Shown piece by piece: positions 18,518 through 28,839 of a stretch of 64,000 nucleotides of DNA. Positions within the stretch are counted from its first letter, which is position 1. Each line of letters opens with the position of its first letter. The DNA is taken from positions 7,168,001 through 7,232,000 of the forward strand of contig OZ244207.1 in NCBI GenBank assembly GCA_965216875.1, in the 5' to 3' direction. Below the pieces are notes generated by a model, which saw only the letters and a list, made by a program, of their open reading frames with translations, was not told the DNA's origin and did no database searches. The DNA is from Rubripirellula sp. (lineage in GTDB: Bacteria > Planctomycetota > Planctomycetia > Pirellulales > Pirellulaceae). Made by a program: the position numbers and the translations under genes.

Positions 18518-20446
18518 ATGAGCGAATCCAACGATCAAAACGTGAGCCCAGCAAAACACCCGCTTCTGGCAAGTCTTGACAGTGCCCAACCACTGAAGGA
18601 CTTTTCACACGACCAATTGGTTGATGTGGCAAGCGAGATTCGTGATGTGTTGTGCAACCTGCTAGCAACACGAACCGCGCACTTTGCATCCAACCTTGGT
18701 GTGGTCGAGCTCTGTATCGCGCTGCACTGTGAGTTCGATTTCTTGCGCGACCGTTTGATCTGGGATACAGGCCATCAGGTCTACCCGCACAAGTTGGTCA
18801 CCGGGCGCTATGGCGAGTTTTCGAATATTCGTACGCGCGGCGGTTTGATGGGTTACCCCAATCCGCACGAAAGCGACTACGACTTGTTCATGACCGGTCA
18901 CGCTGGTTGTAGTGTGAGCACGGCGGTGGGTCTTCGCAGTGGCGACTTGATCCGCGGCGAAGAGGATCGCAAGACCGTGGCGGTGATCGGCGACGGAGCT
19001 TTCCCAAGCGGCATCGTTTTTGAGGCGATGAACAATGCGGGCGAGTTGGAAGACGACCTGACGATCGTTTTGAACGACAACAAGATGTCGATCTGTCCAC
19101 GCGTCGGCTCGGTGGCAAACTACTTGGATCGGTTGCGAAGCAATCCGTATTACACCGGCTTGAAGCACGAAGTCACCAAGTTGCTCGACCACGTGCCCAT
19201 GTTCGGCGATCCTGCCGAGCGTTTTCTTGCTCAGATGAAGGAAGGTGTCAAAGCCGGTTTCCTTGGCGGGATGTTGTTCGAAGAACTCAACATTCGCTAC
19301 GTCGGTCCCATCGACGGCCACGACATCGCTTTGGTGCGAAAGTACTTGAAGATGTGTCGCGAGATGAGCGGGCCGGTTTTGTTGCACGTCGTGACTGAAA
19401 AAGGGCATGGCTACAAACCGGCGGCCGAAGACCCCGTCTTCTTCCACACGCCACCCGCATTTGAAGATCGCGGTGGCAAACCCGTCACCAAGGGCAGCGA
19501 TGGAAATCCGCCCTACACGGTGTTTGCACGTGATGCGATTCGCCGGCAAATGGCCGAAGACCCTCGCGTCACGATCATCACGGCAGCGATGTGCCAAGGA
19601 AACAAGTTGGAACCGGTTCGAGAACAGTTCCCCGATCGGTTCTTTGACGTCGGCATCTGTGAATCTCACGCCGTCGCCTTTGCGGCCGGTCAATGCAAGA
19701 CTGGTTTGCGCCCAATCGTTGATATCTACAGCACGTTCCTGCAACGAAGTCACGACCAAATCTTCCAAGAGGTTGCTCTTCAGGATTTGCCGGTTGTCTT
19801 CATGATGGACCGCGCTGGATTGACCGGCCCCGATGGACCGACGCACCACGGTTTGTTCGACATCGGTTACCTGCGACCGTTCCCGAACCTGGCATTGATG
19901 GCGCCCGGCTATTCGGCAGAACTGGAGCTGATGCTTTCGGCCGCACTTTCGCACGATCATCCCTGTGGCATCCGCTACCCCAAGGCTTCGGCGTTGGATC
20001 TGGAAGGTCACACACCGGCACCGATCGAATTTGGCAAGTCAGAAGTGATTCGCGAAGGCAGCGATGGAACGATCGTCGCCTACGGTGCGATGCTCGAGCA
20101 AGCGATTGCGGCCGCCGAATCGCTGGCCGGTGACTTGGACGTTGGCGTCGTGAACGCACGATTCGTCAAACCGATCGACGTTGAAATGGTTCGCGAAACG
20201 CTTGGCGGTGGCCGGTTCGTGGTGACCGTCGAAGAGGGTGCCAAGATGAGTGGTTTCGGATCGGCATTCATCGAGTGTGCCGTGACGGAGCGGCTGGACA
20301 CCCGAAACATTCACGTGCTCGCACTTCCCGATGAATTCATCGAGCATGGTGACCGCAACGATCTGCTTGCCGAGCACGGCTTGAGCACCGAAGCGATCGC
20401 CCAAACCTGTCGGGATGCCTCCGGCGTCGAAAGCCTGATGATCTAA
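18518..20446 (+). CDS. dxs: 1-deoxy-D-xylulose-5-phosphate synthase
   Basis: SNLGVVEL; WDTGHQVYPHK; GDGA...LNDNKMSI; GPIDGH; DVGICESHAV; DGPTHHG. Confidence 0.97.
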   Translation: MSESNDQNVSPAKHPLLASLDSAQPLKDFSHDQLVDVASEIRDVLCNLLATRTAHFASNLGVVELCIALHCEFDFLRDRLIWDTGHQVYPHKLVTGRYGEFSNIRTRGGLMGYPNPHESDYDLFMTGHAGCSVSTAVGLRSGDLIRGEEDRKTVAVIGDGAFPSGIVFEAMNNAGELEDDLTIVLNDNKMSICPRVGSVANYLDRLRSNPYYTGLKHEVTKLLDHVPMFGDPAERFLAQMKEGVKAGFLGGMLFEELNIRYVGPIDGHDIALVRKYLKMCREMSGPVLLHVVTEKGHGYKPAAEDPVFFHTPPAFEDRGGKPVTKGSDGNPPYTVFARDAIRRQMAEDPRVTIITAAMCQGNKLEPVREQFPDRFFDVGICESHAVAFAAGQCKTGLRPIVDIYSTFLQRSHDQIFQEVALQDLPVVFMMDRAGLTGPDGPTHHGLFDIGYLRPFPNLALMAPGYSAELELMLSAALSHDHPCGIRYPKASALDLEGHTPAPIEFGKSEVIREGSDGTIVAYGAMLEQAIAAAESLAGDLDVGVVNARFVKPIDVEMVRETLGGGRFVVTVEEGAKMSGFGSAFIECAVTERLDTRNIHVLALPDEFIEHGDRNDLLAEHGLSTEAIAQTCRDASGVESLMI

Positions 20447-20475
20447 TCGGCCCTTCGCGACGCTCGCCGTGGCCC

Positions 20476-20633
20476 GTCGCTACGCTCGGCCAGAGCGTGG
20501 GGCCCGTAGCTACGCTCGCCAGAGCGTGGGGGTGTCAGCGAGCGTTCTCTAGCACATTCCACCTTCTGGCGAAGGTAGCTACGGCGATGTCGGAATGGGG
20601 TTGCTCCGTGGTGCGTGCAAGCACACACCCTAC
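20476..20633. repeat. REP cluster: three family A copies (two direct, one inverted) plus family E (GGTGCGTGCAAGCACACACCCTAC)
   Basis: A at about 20476-20500, 20506-20529 and inverted 20559-20582; E at 20610-20633, identical to 29895-29918. Confidence 0.85.
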
Positions 20634-20815
20634 TTGGCAAGTGCCTTCACTCCCTACAAACGCTCTTTTTGCTCAGCGAACCTCTGCGTCATCACGTGTG
20701 ACATTTCATTCGGGATTGACGTTTCTACGGCCTTCCCATCATCCTCTGTGCTGGACATCGCGCTTCTCGTATCTGCGCGATTCGGTTCACCACGAAAAAA
20801 GAATGAAGTGCCGCC

Positions 20816-23026
20816 ATGAGTACCGCTTCCGCAGCAAACGTCCGTATTCAACTGCCCGACGGGAACATTGTCGAACATCCTGGGCATGCGACGCCGATGG
20901 ACATTGCCACTGGAATCAGCGAAGGACTGGCTCGCAGCGTGATCGCTGCCGAGGTTTCCGGAAAAATTGTTGACGCCGACCGACCCTTTGGCGAATTAGC
21001 CGAGGGCGATGACCCGCTCGAACTCAAACTGCTGACCAGTCGAGATCAATCCGCCCTGGACGTGCTGCGTCACTCGGCTGCCCACGTCATGGCGCGCGCC
21101 GTGATGCGACTCTACAAAGGTGTCTCGCTCGCATTTGGTCCGACCACCGAGGGTGGTTTCTATTACGACTTTGATCTGCCCGAGAAGATCAGCGAAGAAG
21201 ACTTTCCAAAGATCGAAGCCGAGATCAAGAAGATCATCAAGGACAAAGAACCGTTCGAGCGGTTCATTCTCGATCGCGATGAAGCACGAAAACTTTGCGA
21301 TGACCTTGATCAAGACTTGAAGGTCGAACACATCGACACCGGTTTGGGTGATCAAGCGACGGTCAGCTTTTATCGACAAGGCGAGTTTGTCGACCTCTGT
21401 CGTGGCCCGCACATTCCTGATGCCGGCAAGATCAAAGCGATCAAGATGATGAGCGTTGCCGGTTCGCACTGGAAAGGGGACGTCAACGGTCGTCAGCTTC
21501 AACGGCTTTACGGAACCGCGTTCTTCGACAAGAAAGAGCTCAAGGCGTATCTGGAACAAATCGAAGAAGCCAAACGTCGCGACCACCGCGTGCTCGGCAA
21601 GCAGCATGGTCTCTTTGCGGTCAATCCCGAAGTCGGACCAGGTCTGCCGCTGTGGTTGCCCAAGGGGGCAAAGGTTCGTGTCACCCTGGAAGACTTCTTG
21701 CGAAAGGAACTTCTCGGTCGCGGGTACGATCCGGTTTACAGTCCCCACATTGGCCGCGTCGAGCTTTACGAAACCAGCGGGCACTTTCCCTACTATCGAG
21801 ACAGCCAATTCAATCCACTCTTCGGCACCGAAGTGGGCGGATTGCTCGATGCTTGGTCAGAGCGTTTGAAGGCGGGCACCATTGATTCGGACGGTGAAGC
21901 CAAGTTGATGGCCGCGGTCGAAGCGCTCGGCGTGACCCTGCCCGACTACAAGCCATCCTCGTCGGCAGACGACAAGTGCGATGTGTTGCACGCTTGGCAA
22001 AAGACCAACGAACGTTATTTGCTCAAGCCGATGAATTGCCCGCACCACTGTCAGATCTTTGCGGCCCAACCGCGAAGCTATCGTCAGTTGCCCTTGCGAT
22101 TGTTTGAGTTTGGAACCGTCTATCGACACGAGCAAACCGGCGAGCTGAACGGCATGTTGCGTGTTCGCGGTTTCACCCAAGATGACGCGCACATCTTCTG
22201 CACCGCCGATCAAGTTGAAGCTGAGTTTCAGGCGACGATTGAGCTGACCAGTTTTGTGCTCAAGTCGGTCGGACTCGATGACTACAACGTGCAACTGTCG
22301 CTACGTGATCCGAAGAGCGACAAGTATGTTGGAACCGAAGAGAACTGGGATCAAGCCGAACACGCACTGCGCGGCGTGTTGCAGAACTCGGGCCTCGACT
22401 TTAATGAAGAGGAAGGCGAAGCCGCTTTCTATGGTCCAAAGGCCGACTTCATGGTTCGCGACTGTATCGGACGGTCTTGGCAGCTGGGTACGGTGCAGTT
22501 GGACTACAACTTGCCCGAGCGGTTCAAACTTGAGTACGCCGGCAACGACAACAATTCGCATCGCCCGGTCATGATCCACCGCGCGCCCTTTGGATCGCTC
22601 GAGCGATTCACTGGCATGCTGATCGAGCATTTTGCCGGTGCGTTTCCGCTCTGGTTATCGCCCGAACAAGTTCGCGTGTTGCCCCTCAGTGACAAGTCGC
22701 TCGAGTATGCCGCCCAGGTGGCTCACCAGCTTGAGGATGCCGGCTTGAAAGTGACCGTCGATTCAAGTGGCGGAAAGGTGCAAGCCAAGATCCGCAACGC
22801 TCAACTAGAGCTGATCAATTACATGGCAGTCGTTGGTCCCAAGGAAGCCGAAGCGGGTCACGTTGCCCTACGAGACCGGATCGATGGCGACCTGGGATCG
22901 ATGCCGATTGCCGAGGCGATTGCTCGCTTGAAGGAAGAAATCGAGACTCGCCAAGTTCGCCAAGTTGTCAAAAGTGACTTCACGGCGGCAGCCGTTGATT
23001 CCGACGCCATTGGCAACGAATACTAA
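20816..23026 (+). CDS. thrS: Threonine--tRNA ligase
   Basis: TGS domain; [51 protein letters not shown]. Confidence 0.98.
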   Translation: MSTASAANVRIQLPDGNIVEHPGHATPMDIATGISEGLARSVIAAEVSGKIVDADRPFGELAEGDDPLELKLLTSRDQSALDVLRHSAAHVMARAVMRLYKGVSLAFGPTTEGGFYYDFDLPEKISEEDFPKIEAEIKKIIKDKEPFERFILDRDEARKLCDDLDQDLKVEHIDTGLGDQATVSFYRQGEFVDLCRGPHIPDAGKIKAIKMMSVAGSHWKGDVNGRQLQRLYGTAFFDKKELKAYLEQIEEAKRRDHRVLGKQHGLFAVNPEVGPGLPLWLPKGAKVRVTLEDFLRKELLGRGYDPVYSPHIGRVELYETSGHFPYYRDSQFNPLFGTEVGGLLDAWSERLKAGTIDSDGEAKLMAAVEALGVTLPDYKPSSSADDKCDVLHAWQKTNERYLLKPMNCPHHCQIFAAQPRSYRQLPLRLFEFGTVYRHEQTGELNGMLRVRGFTQDDAHIFCTADQVEAEFQATIELTSFVLKSVGLDDYNVQLSLRDPKSDKYVGTEENWDQAEHALRGVLQNSGLDFNEEEGEAAFYGPKADFMVRDCIGRSWQLGTVQLDYNLPERFKLEYAGNDNNSHRPVMIHRAPFGSLERFTGMLIEHFAGAFPLWLSPEQVRVLPLSDKSLEYAAQVAHQLEDAGLKVTVDSSGGKVQAKIRNAQLELINYMAVVGPKEAEAGHVALRDRIDGDLGSMPIAEAIARLKEEIETRQVRQVVKSDFTAAAVDSDAIGNEY

Positions 23027-23132
23027 TCGTGACGAACACGCTCGGGGTTGTTGATTCAATGACCCCCGAGGCGTCAAATGATTCACCAGCGAGACGCCTT
23101 GCTTGGCATCGGGTGTCTCCCTCAAGCATGTT

Positions 23133-23156
23133 CCACGCTCTGGCGGGCGTAGCTAC
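23133..23156. repeat. REP-like family A (inverted copy)
   Basis: ccacgctctggcgggcgtagctac. Confidence 0.8.
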
Positions 23157-23227
23157 GGCGGTCGATCCTGTAGAATGGAATTGACCAATTCGCTCCTCAC
23201 ACTCGCCATGATGGCAAGCTAGGCAAC

Positions 23228-25645
23228 GTGACGTTTCTGAACGCAACTCTCGTTTTCGGAACCGCGGCAATCGCGATCCCGTTGTTGTTGCATTTGATTG
23301 CACGCCGCCAACCCAAGACGGTCATCTTTCCATCGGTCCGATTCTTGACGAAACGGTTCGAATCCAATCGCAGCCGGGTGCGGGTGCGGCGTTGGTGGTT
23401 GTTGGCATTGCGGATCGCGGCGGTCGCGGCATTTGCACTCGCGCTTGCTCGGCCAGCCATTGACCGATCGCTTTCGGTGACTTGGCTGACCATAGGATTG
23501 GTTGCCGTTGCTGGAGTCGCGTTGTTGGTCATGGCAACGATCGCCCTTTCGCGTGGCCAACCCAAGGCTTTGATCTATGGTTTGACTGCCGGTGCGCTCG
23601 TCGCATTGGTGATGTCGATTGGTTGGGGCGGATACACCTTTGCTGCAGGGCCCAAAGTTTCTACCGAACAAGCCGCGCCCGTGGCGTTGGCGATCGTGAT
23701 CGACAATGGGCCGACGACCGCCTGGAAATCGGCGAGCGACGATCGAACGGCGCGGATCGCGGACCTGGCGACTTGGATGGTCACGCGGTTACCGGTCACG
23801 AGCCGCATCGCGATCATTGACCGTTCAGCACAACCCGCTTCGTTTTCACTCGACTTGGCGAGCGCAGTTTCCAAGATCGAAGCCATCAAGCCGTTGCAGG
23901 TCACTCAGCCGATCGAAACTCGGATCGATGCGGCGATCCGACTCGTGAGAACGAGTGACTTGACCAGCCGCCAAGTGCTTGTCGTTTCGGATTTGTCGAC
24001 ATCGACTTGGGAAGCGGCCTTAGCGGAGAGTTCACTGTCCGCATTGTTGAGCGAGACTCCCGAAGTTGCGGTGACCCTTTTTGACCTTGGTGACTTTGAC
24101 AAACCGAACCGCACGCTCTCGAAACCGAAGTTGTCCGACACAACACCGCCCAAGGACGAGCCGGTGGCGATTTCAACGACGCTTCGTTGGGAGGGCGCCG
24201 AGCCTGGGGCGACGCTTTCGGTCGCCGCTGAACTGCAGCTCTATGACAACGATCCCGCACTTCCCGTGGTGCGCGACGGAAAGATCCGACGCCCGCGTCT
24301 TCGCAGCGTCGACCGCACCAGCGTTCAAATCGCAGCGGGTGGTTCGAGTCGGTTGTTGATGACCGTACCGCCCTTGAAATCAGGGACACACCATGGGCGG
24401 ATTCGTTTGGTGGGTGATGATCCGATGGCGCTTGATGACGTTCGCTACTTCAGTGTTCGCGTACTCGAGCCCGAACCGGTTTTGATCGTCTGTGATGACG
24501 CCGATGACGCGCGTGTGATGCAGTTGGCGATGTCGGAAGAGTTTGCGGTCGAGCGAATTGGTTTTGACGACCTGCCGGTTGTGCGATTGGCCGATTACCG
24601 TGCCGTCTTTGTGATGGACCCACCGGGCAGCGTGTTGTCAGACACCGCTCTGGAAGACTACCTCGTTGCTGGGGGCGGTCTGTTTGTCTGTCTGGGGCCA
24701 GCAGCCGGTGATGGCAAACTTGAATCGCCGTTCCTGCCGACACTTCGATTGCGTTGGCGAGTAACGAGTCCTGGGACGTTTTTGAAGCTTGCGGAAACAT
24801 CGCACCCGCTTCTGGAGCCGCTCGCCGAAGTGGATGGCGGTGTCCCATGGAGCAGCTATCGCGTTTTGCAGTATTGGACCGTCGAGCCGAATGCGACGGC
24901 CGAACGTGGCCGCAGCGACCGCGTGTTGGCAACCTTTGTTGGCGAAGACCATCCTGCTTTGATCGAACGATTGTTTATGCCCCAAGAAGACGATCAGGCG
25001 AACCAGCCGGGACGTTTGGTGCTGATGACGACGCCAATTCCTGCACTGGGCCAACGGACAAGGTCGTGGAATGAACTGTTCAGCAGCAGCGATGCGTGGC
25101 CGGCGTTCCTACTCACTCGTCAGTTTCCCGAATACTTGACCCGTCATAGTGCCGACCAATCGATGACGATGGTTGGTAGGCCACAGCTCGTTCGGATTGA
25201 GACGCCCAAGAGTGATGACGAGAACGCACCGAACCGCTTGCAACTCTTTCCGCCAGGTGATTCCGCGCCGGTACCGCTCGATCTTCCGCCCGGCGCGACG
25301 GAAGTGGCGATCGATGAAGTCGCCACAGCGGGCAACTATTGGTTGCGCGGGCGCGGCATACGTTCGGGTTTTGCGGCGAACCTCGACCCTGCTGCGATCA
25401 GCACGCAGCGCGTTGAGCAAGATCAGCTTGAAGTTTTCTTTGGTCCCGATCACTTCAACGTCGCAACCGATCGCGAGGGGATCGAGTTAGCAGAAAGTCA
25501 ATCGCAGGCCCGCGTTTCGTTGCAATCGCCCGTCATGCTGTTGGCCTTGATTGCGTTTCTGTTGGAACAGATTCTCGGTAATCGATTCTATGGCCGAGCC
25601 AGTCGGCAAACCTCTTCAGGTAGTGGAGCGGTTTCGCCGGCATGA
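23228..25645 (+). CDS. BatA N-terminal domain / vWA-like membrane protein
   Basis: IPLLLHLIARRQPKTVIFPSVRFL...LLALR...ALARP (BatA motif); degenerate vWA (IVIDNG, VVSD); C-terminal TM. Confidence 0.85.
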   Translation: MTFLNATLVFGTAAIAIPLLLHLIARRQPKTVIFPSVRFLTKRFESNRSRVRVRRWWLLALRIAAVAAFALALARPAIDRSLSVTWLTIGLVAVAGVALLVMATIALSRGQPKALIYGLTAGALVALVMSIGWGGYTFAAGPKVSTEQAAPVALAIVIDNGPTTAWKSASDDRTARIADLATWMVTRLPVTSRIAIIDRSAQPASFSLDLASAVSKIEAIKPLQVTQPIETRIDAAIRLVRTSDLTSRQVLVVSDLSTSTWEAALAESSLSALLSETPEVAVTLFDLGDFDKPNRTLSKPKLSDTTPPKDEPVAISTTLRWEGAEPGATLSVAAELQLYDNDPALPVVRDGKIRRPRLRSVDRTSVQIAAGGSSRLLMTVPPLKSGTHHGRIRLVGDDPMALDDVRYFSVRVLEPEPVLIVCDDADDARVMQLAMSEEFAVERIGFDDLPVVRLADYRAVFVMDPPGSVLSDTALEDYLVAGGGLFVCLGPAAGDGKLESPFLPTLRLRWRVTSPGTFLKLAETSHPLLEPLAEVDGGVPWSSYRVLQYWTVEPNATAERGRSDRVLATFVGEDHPALIERLFMPQEDDQANQPGRLVLMTTPIPALGQRTRSWNELFSSSDAWPAFLLTRQFPEYLTRHSADQSMTMVGRPQLVRIETPKSDDENAPNRLQLFPPGDSAPVPLDLPPGATEVAIDEVATAGNYWLRGRGIRSGFAANLDPAAISTQRVEQDQLEVFFGPDHFNVATDREGIELAESQSQARVSLQSPVMLLALIAFLLEQILGNRFYGRASRQTSSGSGAVSPA

Positions 25646-27906
25646 CTTCCTTTGCGATCGAACCGATCTATGGATCCATCTTGGTTGCTGGCCTCGTGGC
25701 TGCAGCGACCTTTGCGGTGATCGCGTGGGTCACGCCGCCGACCGAAGACGTGTCACAGCGACGTTGTTTGGTGGCCTTGCGCAGTCTGGCTGCACTCGCG
25801 TTATTGTTGGCCATTTTTCGCCCCGCGTTTCTAAGGACGGACAACCGGCCTGCTGATGCGTCGTTGATCGTTGCCGTCGATACTTCAAAAAGTATGACGC
25901 TTCCCGACGGCGATGGTAGCGATCGCTGGACGACTCAGGTTAACGCGTGGCAGGCCCTGGCAACGGGGCTTGAGCAACTTGATCAATCGTTGACAGTGAA
26001 GCTGCTTGCCTATGACGCCGATGCCCGCCCACTTCCAGGCGCCGAAGCGACGGCCTTGGACAATCAACAGCCATCGGGTGATTCAACCGATTTAGCGGCT
26101 GCGGCGCTCGCGATGATCAGCGCTGCCGAGGGCCAACCGATTGCGGGCGTTGTGCTAATGGGCGACGGAACGCAAACCGCCCCGATTCAAGGAACGGGCG
26201 CTCAACGGGTGGTCGAAACGCTGAACTCGCTGGGCGTTCCGTTTTGGGCCGTACCCATCGGGCCCGCCGCGGGGCAGTCGGCCTCGCGTGATGTTGCCAT
26301 CGAGGCCCTTCCGGAAAGTTTCAAGCTGTTTGCTGGAAACGAAATCGATGTCGACTTTCAGGTGCAAACCCGCGGATTGGCCGGCGTTGATGTTCCGATC
26401 AAGGTTTCCTGGGTCGATGAAGCGGGCGCTGTCAGTGAGGTCGCCGTCCGCCAGTTCCGATCCGGCAAGGCGAGCGATGTGGGATCGATGTCGATCCCCG
26501 TGACGGCGCCACAACCCGGAACGTATCAATTGCGCGTCGAAGCACCGCCGCAAGAGGGCGAGTTGGTGACGGTCAACAACACCCAAATCGCGTTCGTCGA
26601 TGTCCGCGACGGCGGTGGGCGAATCCTCTATCTCGAAGGACAGATTCGCGAAGAACAAACACGGCTGACTCGAACACTTCGCAGGTTCCAAGACCTCGAT
26701 TTGACCTACCGGTGGATACCGACCGACACTGCCAAGTCGTGGCCGTTGCAGCTCGACCAACTACTTCGTCCTGGCCGATTTGACGTTTACATCATTGGCG
26801 ACTTGGACGCCGGGGCGCTTGGCCAAGACCAGCTCGCCCAGCTTTCCGAAGCGGTCGCTGCCGGCGCTGGGTTGGTCACGCTTGGTGGTTACCAAGCCTA
26901 TGGTCCTGGTGGTTACGCGACGTCGCCTCTTGCCGATGTCTTGCCCGTCCAGCTTGATGGTTCGCGACGGCGTGATCCGACCAAACCGATTGACGACCGC
27001 ACCGGGCATCTCAAAGGCCCCGTTGTGATCGAGCTCGCTCGGAATCATCCCATCACCGACTTGGGCGGCGATGTTCAAGCGGCTTGGAGAAGCCTGCCAC
27101 CCCAACTGGGTGCCAATGCATTTGTGGGACCAAAGGCAGCTCCGGGCGTGCAGGTCTTACTTCAATCGCCGCAACAAGCACCGTTGATGGTGGTCGGTGA
27201 ATATGGAAAAGGTCGTACCGCATCGATCGCGTTCGATTCGACCTATCGCTGGCGACGCGGCGGACGCGGCGATGTTCATCGACGGTTTTGGCGACAGCTC
27301 ATCTTGTGGTTGTTGTCCCGAGAAGTTTCCGGTGGTGACAAGATTCGGATCGCCATCGATTCGCAACGATTCGACCTCAAGAAACCGCCAAACTTCACTG
27401 CGATGATTGACAGCCTTGATCAAGCAGCTGGACCGGTGGAATTGCTCGCCGAAATCCTCGCGCCCGACGATCGTGCCGTTAATGTGCCAACCAGTAGTGA
27501 TGGCGACGCGACCGCCGTTTCAATCAGCGGCGCCATTCCCGAGCTCTCACCGGGGATTTATCGACTGCGTGTTCGCGCCGCCGACCCCAACTCGAAGATA
27601 GAACCAGACGAAGTTGCATTCCAAGTCGTTGATCAAAGTCGCGAGTTGTCACGACCGATGGCAGACCCCGTCTACTTGCGACAACTGGCGGCGCTGACGA
27701 CGGAACATGGTGGCGCCGCGTATGATCCCGACCAGATCGCTGAATTGGTCGACGTGATTTCCAAACGCCGTCAACGCGCCGAGACGGCGATTGTCGAAAA
27801 GTTCCGACTCGGCGACGGGCCACTAAGCGGCTGGATTGTGTTTCTGTTGTTTGCGATCCCGCTGTGTGGCGAATGGTACTTGCGCCGGCGCTGGGGAATC
27901 GCTTGA
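25642..27906 (+). CDS. vWA plus class I glutamine amidotransferase-like membrane protein
   Basis: VDTSKSM (MIDAS-like), MGDG, GAGLVTLGG..YG.GGY..SPLADVLPV, YGKGR, EWYLRRRWG; 4-nt overlap. Confidence 0.85.
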   Translation: MTSFAIEPIYGSILVAGLVAAATFAVIAWVTPPTEDVSQRRCLVALRSLAALALLLAIFRPAFLRTDNRPADASLIVAVDTSKSMTLPDGDGSDRWTTQVNAWQALATGLEQLDQSLTVKLLAYDADARPLPGAEATALDNQQPSGDSTDLAAAALAMISAAEGQPIAGVVLMGDGTQTAPIQGTGAQRVVETLNSLGVPFWAVPIGPAAGQSASRDVAIEALPESFKLFAGNEIDVDFQVQTRGLAGVDVPIKVSWVDEAGAVSEVAVRQFRSGKASDVGSMSIPVTAPQPGTYQLRVEAPPQEGELVTVNNTQIAFVDVRDGGGRILYLEGQIREEQTRLTRTLRRFQDLDLTYRWIPTDTAKSWPLQLDQLLRPGRFDVYIIGDLDAGALGQDQLAQLSEAVAAGAGLVTLGGYQAYGPGGYATSPLADVLPVQLDGSRRRDPTKPIDDRTGHLKGPVVIELARNHPITDLGGDVQAAWRSLPPQLGANAFVGPKAAPGVQVLLQSPQQAPLMVVGEYGKGRTASIAFDSTYRWRRGGRGDVHRRFWRQLILWLLSREVSGGDKIRIAIDSQRFDLKKPPNFTAMIDSLDQAAGPVELLAEILAPDDRAVNVPTSSDGDATAVSISGAIPELSPGIYRLRVRAADPNSKIEPDEVAFQVVDQSRELSRPMADPVYLRQLAALTTEHGGAAYDPDQIAELVDVISKRRQRAETAIVEKFRLGDGPLSGWIVFLLFAIPLCGEWYLRRRWGIA

Positions 27907-27917
27907 GGTTTTGCGCG

Positions 27918-27957
27918 TAGGCCGGATCAAGGAGCGACAGCGGCGCTGATCCGGCAT
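27918..27957. repeat. REP-like family C (GTAGGCCGGATCAA...GATCCGGCA)
   Basis: Also at 29789-29828 and inverted at 49817-49856. Confidence 0.8.
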
Positions 27958-27967
27958 GATCAGCCAC

Positions 27968-28831
27968 CTACAGATCGGCCAACCAATCGGCGAGTGACAG
28001 ACGCAAGTCGTCGCGGCTCTTATTGATCGACTTGTTGAGTTTTGCGGCGAGCTTTTGGTTCTGCTCTTCGAGAAACTTGTCGCGGATCACATCCTCAAGC
28101 AGCTCGCCCCATTCTTCGGCGACGTCACCTCCGATCTTGCTGACGCGATCGACTTCGAAGTGCTCGAGCGTTAGATGGGCCGCTTCAATCGTGGGGTCAA
28201 GCACAAGTGCCGGCGGCACTTCGCTGTAGTCGGCAACGAAGGCGACGGTCGAAGTCGACGTCAGACGCAATCGCATTTCACCGCGGATCGTCATGCTGTA
28301 GAGCTTCACGCCGCGATTCCAACGTTGGACTTGAGCTGCGAACGTCATTGGCGCGATAACAATCGATTCGATGCGATACCCCTTTTGACCCGTTTGGGGA
28401 TCAACGACCTCGTGGACTTGACGTACGTCGGCGACCGCCCGGCGACGCGCCGAGGTTGGTGGCAACGTCACCTCGTAACGCATCCACCGTCCATGGTTCG
28501 CTTCGCGCCACCGGCGATGCGTCTTCGGGCGCAGACCATCAAACTTGACTTTGACACCTGCCCACAGTTTCTTTTGTTCGCCCCAATCTTTGTCGCCTCG
28601 GTAGGTGCGCGGCGCGTTGTCGACAAGCAAGTCGGCGAGCCATTGCACCGAGGCCTTCGCTTGCTCTTCAGTGACCGAAAGGGTCTGAGCAGGAACCGTC
28701 GCAGAGAGTGAAGGTGGCCGTGAAACGTTAAGCGGTGCCGTCAATGACCCAGGCGGCACAGTCTGCCCCGCTGGTTGCCTCTCGGCCAACGTCGTTTGAC
28801 CGAGACAAGCCGAACTGCTGTTTGATAGCAA
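27968..28831 (-). CDS. Hypothetical protein (start uncertain)
   Basis: Open frame with globular-looking core (DKDWG...NHGRWMRY...VQRWNRGVK); longer starts overlap the upstream CAP gene. Confidence 0.65.
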   Translation of the reverse strand: MLSNSSSACLGQTTLAERQPAGQTVPPGSLTAPLNVSRPPSLSATVPAQTLSVTEEQAKASVQWLADLLVDNAPRTYRGDKDWGEQKKLWAGVKVKFDGLRPKTHRRWREANHGRWMRYEVTLPPTSARRRAVADVRQVHEVVDPQTGQKGYRIESIVIAPMTFAAQVQRWNRGVKLYSMTIRGEMRLRLTSTSTVAFVADYSEVPPALVLDPTIEAAHLTLEHFEVDRVSKIGGDVAEEWGELLEDVIRDKFLEEQNQKLAAKLNKSINKSRDDLRLSLADWLADL

Positions 28832-28839
28832 CCAAAGAA

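Noticed and set aside
18662..20011. 449-aa antisense ORF
   Set aside because: Shadow of dxs, expected from codon bias in GC-rich DNA.
20640..20815. Possible T-box or thrS operator leader
   Set aside because: No T-box consensus or convincing anticodon-mimic stem seen; only a weak TTGACG.
21811..22014. Possible intein in thrS
   Set aside because: Too short and lacks the N-terminal Cys/Ser and C-terminal His-Asn signature.
23355..23367. GGTTCGAATCC, a tRNA T-arm-like motif
   Set aside because: Inside the BatA CDS with no cloverleaf around it.
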